From NCBI GenBank assembly GCA_041497995.1, contig JBGQHM010000002.1, positions 1-60,569 of the forward strand: 60,569 nucleotides of DNA, in the 5' to 3' direction. The DNA comes from Candidatus Binatia bacterium (GTDB lineage: Bacteria; Desulfobacterota; Binatia; HRBIN30). Positions 56,962 through 60,569 of the stretch are shown here, one piece after another; the first letter of the stretch is position 1; each line of letters starts with the position of its first letter. The notes under the pieces were generated by a model. The model had not been told where the DNA came from and did no database searches. It worked only from the letters and a program-made list of their open reading frames with translations. A program made the position numbers and the translations under genes.

Positions 56962-58032
56962 ATGGTCAAACTATCCACCAGTGACTCGCCGGCGGCACGC
57001 CTACCGGTTGCAGAGCGGCCATTGGTCAGCGTGTGCATGCCAGCGTACAACGTTGAAAAATGTCTACGCGACGCCCTGACCTCGGTGCTATCTCAGACGC
57101 ATCACGATATAGAAGTCATTTTGGTCGACGACGGGTCAACGGATAGGACGCCTGATGTGGCGCGGTCCGCAGTGGACGAGCGACTCCGCTACGTTCGGAA
57201 TCCGACGAACCTCGGCGGATTCCAAACAATGAATAAAGCCGTGAGCCTGGCCAAAGGGGACTTGGTGGCTATCTACCACTCCGATGATGTCTATGAGCCG
57301 ATGATTATCGAGTGCCAAGTGGACTACCTTAACACTCATCCCGAAGCCGGGGCGGTATTCTGTCTAGACCATTTCATGGATGAAAGCGGGACCATCTTCG
57401 GTGGTATGACTTTACCCGATGAGTTCGTCGAACGAGAGTGGCTTACTTACGATGATGTCTTCCCCTTCATCATGCGACACAAGAACGTGCTGTTCTGCTG
57501 TCCGACTTTCATGGTGCGCCGCGAGGTTCTGGATGAGGTGGGCCTGTTTGATCCTGAGAAATACGACATCGCCGCGGACTTGGATTTATGGATCCGGATC
57601 GTTCGCCGGTTTCCGATTGGCATCCTCAACAAGCGGCTCATGCGATATCGGGTTGGGAAGGCACAATGGTCCAGCCGCTACAAGCGCCTCCGCACGGAAC
57701 CGGAACTTTATTTTGCCGTCATGGATCACTATCTGCGCGCGGATGACTGGCTGCGGAAGCTCAGCCCAAGCGATCTGGTCGAGTATGCCTTCCATCGTTG
57801 CGACGACGAGACGTTCCGCGCGGCCAATCTGGTGTTGCGGGGCGACATTACCGCGGCCTCGGAACTATTGCAGCGACCGTATCCATGGCGCACGTTGGTC
57901 ACGAGTGTCCGACGGCGCAAGCTTCGGGTCCTGCTGTTGCGGGCGCTAATGCGTGGGGCCGTGCGACTCAGGGCGGTAAACTCGTTGGCGCGATTCTTGG
58001 CCTGGAGTGAATACGGAGGCCGTATCTCATGA
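56962..58032 (+). CDS. GT2 glycosyltransferase
   Basis: VSVCMPAYN, VDDGSTD, YHSDD and DLDLWIR. Confidence 0.9.
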   Translation: MVKLSTSDSPAARLPVAERPLVSVCMPAYNVEKCLRDALTSVLSQTHHDIEVILVDDGSTDRTPDVARSAVDERLRYVRNPTNLGGFQTMNKAVSLAKGDLVAIYHSDDVYEPMIIECQVDYLNTHPEAGAVFCLDHFMDESGTIFGGMTLPDEFVEREWLTYDDVFPFIMRHKNVLFCCPTFMVRREVLDEVGLFDPEKYDIAADLDLWIRIVRRFPIGILNKRLMRYRVGKAQWSSRYKRLRTEPELYFAVMDHYLRADDWLRKLSPSDLVEYAFHRCDDETFRAANLVLRGDITAASELLQRPYPWRTLVTSVRRRKLRVLLLRALMRGAVRLRAVNSLARFLAWSEYGGRIS

Positions 58033-59180
58033 CCGGCAACGCTGGGGACGTGGCCCTGTTCATTGATCCCTTCTCGCATCACTTCGAGGGGGACGCCTTG
58101 TTTGACGGAAGCCGAACCTGGGCAAATGGCGAGGACGTGTTGGCGCCGTATCGGTATGCTCGCGATTGGTTCGAACGCCGTGGCGTTCGCGTTCATACCG
58201 CCGACCGGCTGATGCGGAGAGAAGTGGCGGCGACCACCAACGTGTACATCTCACTGGGGATCGTGAATCGCTACCGCGCGTTGGCGCGCCGCCCCGATGT
58301 AATCCTCAGCGCCTTCTTCGCCTTCGAATGCCCTATTGTGGAGCCGAGCCTTTACCGCGAGCTGACGCGGGTGCAGCGCTACGTCAAGCGCCTGTTCTCC
58401 TACAGCGACGCGGAATCCCTGCAACCATTCTTACGCGGGCCCATTCATTGCCAACATTTCTTTTGTCCGCAGGCGTACGAGTCCGTGCACGACGAAATGT
58501 GGCGGCGAGCCGATCGGAAGTTCCTCGTGATGATCAATGGCAACAAGTTGCCCGCGGTATACCTGCATGAACTCTACACGGAACGGATGCGCGCTGTGGA
58601 GTACTTCGGTCGCACCGGAGAGATCGATTTGTACGGTGTCGGTTGGGATGTCCCTTCGTATCGCATGGGGAGGACCTGGGTGCCCGCTACCGTGCGTCAA
58701 GCGCAGCGGCGGTTGCTGCAGTGCTGGCAGCGCCTGCGACCAGATCCCCTGCTCGCAGCGGCCCGGCGCGTCTATCGGGGGCAGGCAGCGTCCAAGGCCG
58801 ACGTCCTCAGCCAGTATACGTTCGCCATCTGCTTCGAGAACATGATCCTGAAGGGGTGGATCACGGAGAAGATCTTCGACTGCTTCTTCACGGGTACTGT
58901 GCCGATCTATTTGGGTTCGCCCGACATTACCGAACGCGTGCCGCCAGAGTGCTTCATCGATATGAGGCGCTTCCATAGTTACGACGAACTCAGGCAGTAC
59001 CTGAAGTCGCTGAACGCGGCCGATGTCCAGCGGTACAAGGACAGCGCCCGGGCATTCCTTTGCTCTCCCGCGTATCGCCCCTTCAGCGCACCGGCCTTCG
59101 CAGAGATCTTGGCCCGCATCGTGGCGGAAGACACGGGCGTTGACTTGGGGCTTGGCGGGCGGGCGGTGTCGGTCGCTTGA
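58029..59180 (+). CDS. GT10 family (alpha-1,3-fucosyltransferase-like) glycosyltransferase
   Basis: ATGA overlap. YTFAICFEN...GWITEKIFDC...VPIYLG matches the alpha-1,3-FucT signature. Confidence 0.82.
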   Translation: MTGNAGDVALFIDPFSHHFEGDALFDGSRTWANGEDVLAPYRYARDWFERRGVRVHTADRLMRREVAATTNVYISLGIVNRYRALARRPDVILSAFFAFECPIVEPSLYRELTRVQRYVKRLFSYSDAESLQPFLRGPIHCQHFFCPQAYESVHDEMWRRADRKFLVMINGNKLPAVYLHELYTERMRAVEYFGRTGEIDLYGVGWDVPSYRMGRTWVPATVRQAQRRLLQCWQRLRPDPLLAAARRVYRGQAASKADVLSQYTFAICFENMILKGWITEKIFDCFFTGTVPIYLGSPDITERVPPECFIDMRRFHSYDELRQYLKSLNAADVQRYKDSARAFLCSPAYRPFSAPAFAEILARIVAEDTGVDLGLGGRAVSVA

Positions 59181-59247
59181 GCCCTCTGTCCTTGATTCTC
59201 TGCTCACGATCGACCAAGTGATTGCAATAGGGTTTGGAGATGACGTG

Positions 59248-60569
59248 ATGAGACGCCCGGTACGTGCCGCTCCTCTGGCCGGGATTATTGTGGTGCTGGC
59301 GTTGTCGGGTGGCGCAGCCGCAATGTCGCCGACGGCGGTGGGGACTGTCGCGGTGGTGGGCGAGTCGCAGCCAACCCGCAACTTTCTGCGGCTCGCGCCG
59401 AGCGCCGCCTCGGTGGTGGAAGCCGACCGCGTGATAGAGAACGAAACCTTGCCCAAGGCCCAGGTGGCCACCCCGGGTAACGCCGAAGACGGCGCGCTGC
59501 AGTCCTCGTTCTCCCAGCTCAACATCCCGACGGGTCCATCCATCCCGGCCCCGACGCTCACGTTTGAAGGCATCAGCAACAACGACAACTTCGCGATCTA
59601 CGGTGGGCGCATTGTGCCGCCCGACACCAACGGTGACGTCGGACCCAATCACTTCGTTCAGTCAGCCAATCTGCTGTTGCGGGTGTTCGACAAGACCGGA
59701 ACGCCCCTGACGGTCCCCTTCAAGATGAGCACGTTGTTCGCGGCCATCGGTGCCCCTTGCGGCACACGCAATGACGGCGATCCCATGGTTCTCTACGACC
59801 AACTCGCCGACCGCTGGCTCGTGAGTCAGTTTGCGTTCCCCAACGGCTCGGGCAGCCCGCCGTACCACCAATGCATTGCCATCTCGAAAACGGGTGATCC
59901 GACCGGCACCTACTTCCTCTACGACTTCGTCATGCCGGGAAACAATTTAAACGACTATCCCAAGTTCGGCGTCTGGCCGGACGGCTACTACATGACGGAC
60001 AACCAGTTCACGAACGGAGGGCCCTTCAACGGCGCCGGCGTCTTTGCCTTCGACCGTAACAAAATGTTGGCGGGCACCCCGACCGCGTCGTTCATCTATT
60101 TCAATCTTGCCCTATTGGACTCGAGCATCGGCGGCCTGCTGCCCTCGGATGCCGATGGTTTGGTGCCGCCGTCTGTCGGCAGGCCAAATACTGTGGCGTA
60201 CTTCACGGCCAACGAGTTTGGCGATCCGCAGGGCGATGCGTTGCGGCTCTTCGACGTTCACGCAGACTTTGACACTTCCACAAACTCGACCTTCACGGAG
60301 CGCACGGAGAGTCCGATTGGTGTCGCGGCCTTCGATCCGACGACTCCTGGTGGGGCCTCGGATATTCCGCAGCCACCTCCCGGCATCGGCGTGGACGCGC
60401 TGTCGGATCGGCTCATGCACCGACTCCAGTATCGGAACTTTGGCACCCACGAGTCTCTCGTGGTGAATCACACGGTCAAGGTGACCGTGTCACCGTACAA
60501 GACCGGCATTCGCTACTATGAGCTGCGTCGCCTCCTCCCCAATGGAACATTCACCATCCCTGAGCAGGC
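59248..60569 (+). CDS. Large secreted uncharacterised protein (PPDTNGDVGPNH family); 3'-truncated and absent from the supplied ORF track
   Basis: Translated by hand, the frame is open to the window end: MRRPVRAAPLAGIIVVLALSGGAAA signal, PPDTNGDVGPNHFVQ, GDPMVLYDQLADRWL, DYPKFGVWPDGYY and GIRYYELR. Confidence 0.85.
   Translation, partial: MRRPVRAAPLAGIIVVLALSGGAAAMSPTAVGTVAVVGESQPTRNFLRLAPSAASVVEADRVIENETLPKAQVATPGNAEDGALQSSFSQLNIPTGPSIPAPTLTFEGISNNDNFAIYGGRIVPPDTNGDVGPNHFVQSANLLLRVFDKTGTPLTVPFKMSTLFAAIGAPCGTRNDGDPMVLYDQLADRWLVSQFAFPNGSGSPPYHQCIAISKTGDPTGTYFLYDFVMPGNNLNDYPKFGVWPDGYYMTDNQFTNGGPFNGAGVFAFDRNKMLAGTPTASFIYFNLALLDSSIGGLLPSDADGLVPPSVGRPNTVAYFTANEFGDPQGDALRLFDVHADFDTSTNSTFTERTESPIGVAAFDPTTPGGASDIPQPPPGIGVDALSDRLMHRLQYRNFGTHESLVVNHTVKVTVSPYKTGIRYYELRRLLPNGTFTIPEQ

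Overview
High-GC bacterial DNA. All 45 supportable genes lie on the + strand, many with overlapping stop and start codons, and the first and last are cut by the window edges. The window is the interior of one very large surface-glycan (exopolysaccharide/capsule) locus. The left part (about 1-24 kb) carries families that typically accompany PEP-CTERM/exosortase-A systems: TIGR03087/03088/04063-like GT4s, a TIGR03097-like O-glycosylation ligase, AsnB amidotransferases and a deacetylase. It also carries a Wzx flippase, a heparinase II/III-like protein, a CapK-like ligase and a GNAT. Three sulfotransferases, three SAM methyltransferases and a GT10 suggest a heavily decorated, probably sulfated glycan. 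A middle module (about 32-50 kb) combines a B12-dependent radical SAM enzyme, a SPASM/Twitch radical SAM enzyme, three NDP-sugar SDRs, a membrane-anchored flavoprotein whose membrane domain recurs as a separate small gene, and tandem paralogous GT2s. Seven probable secreted proteins are interspersed. Four carry Cys-containing dockerin-like EF-hand tags, and none of the complete ones ends in a PEP-CTERM tail. Two share a recently duplicated 903-bp beta-propeller region that flanks a flippase and a sulfotransferase. I found no rRNA, tRNA, CRISPR array or mobile element. Family calls come from motif recognition by eye, with no database searches.
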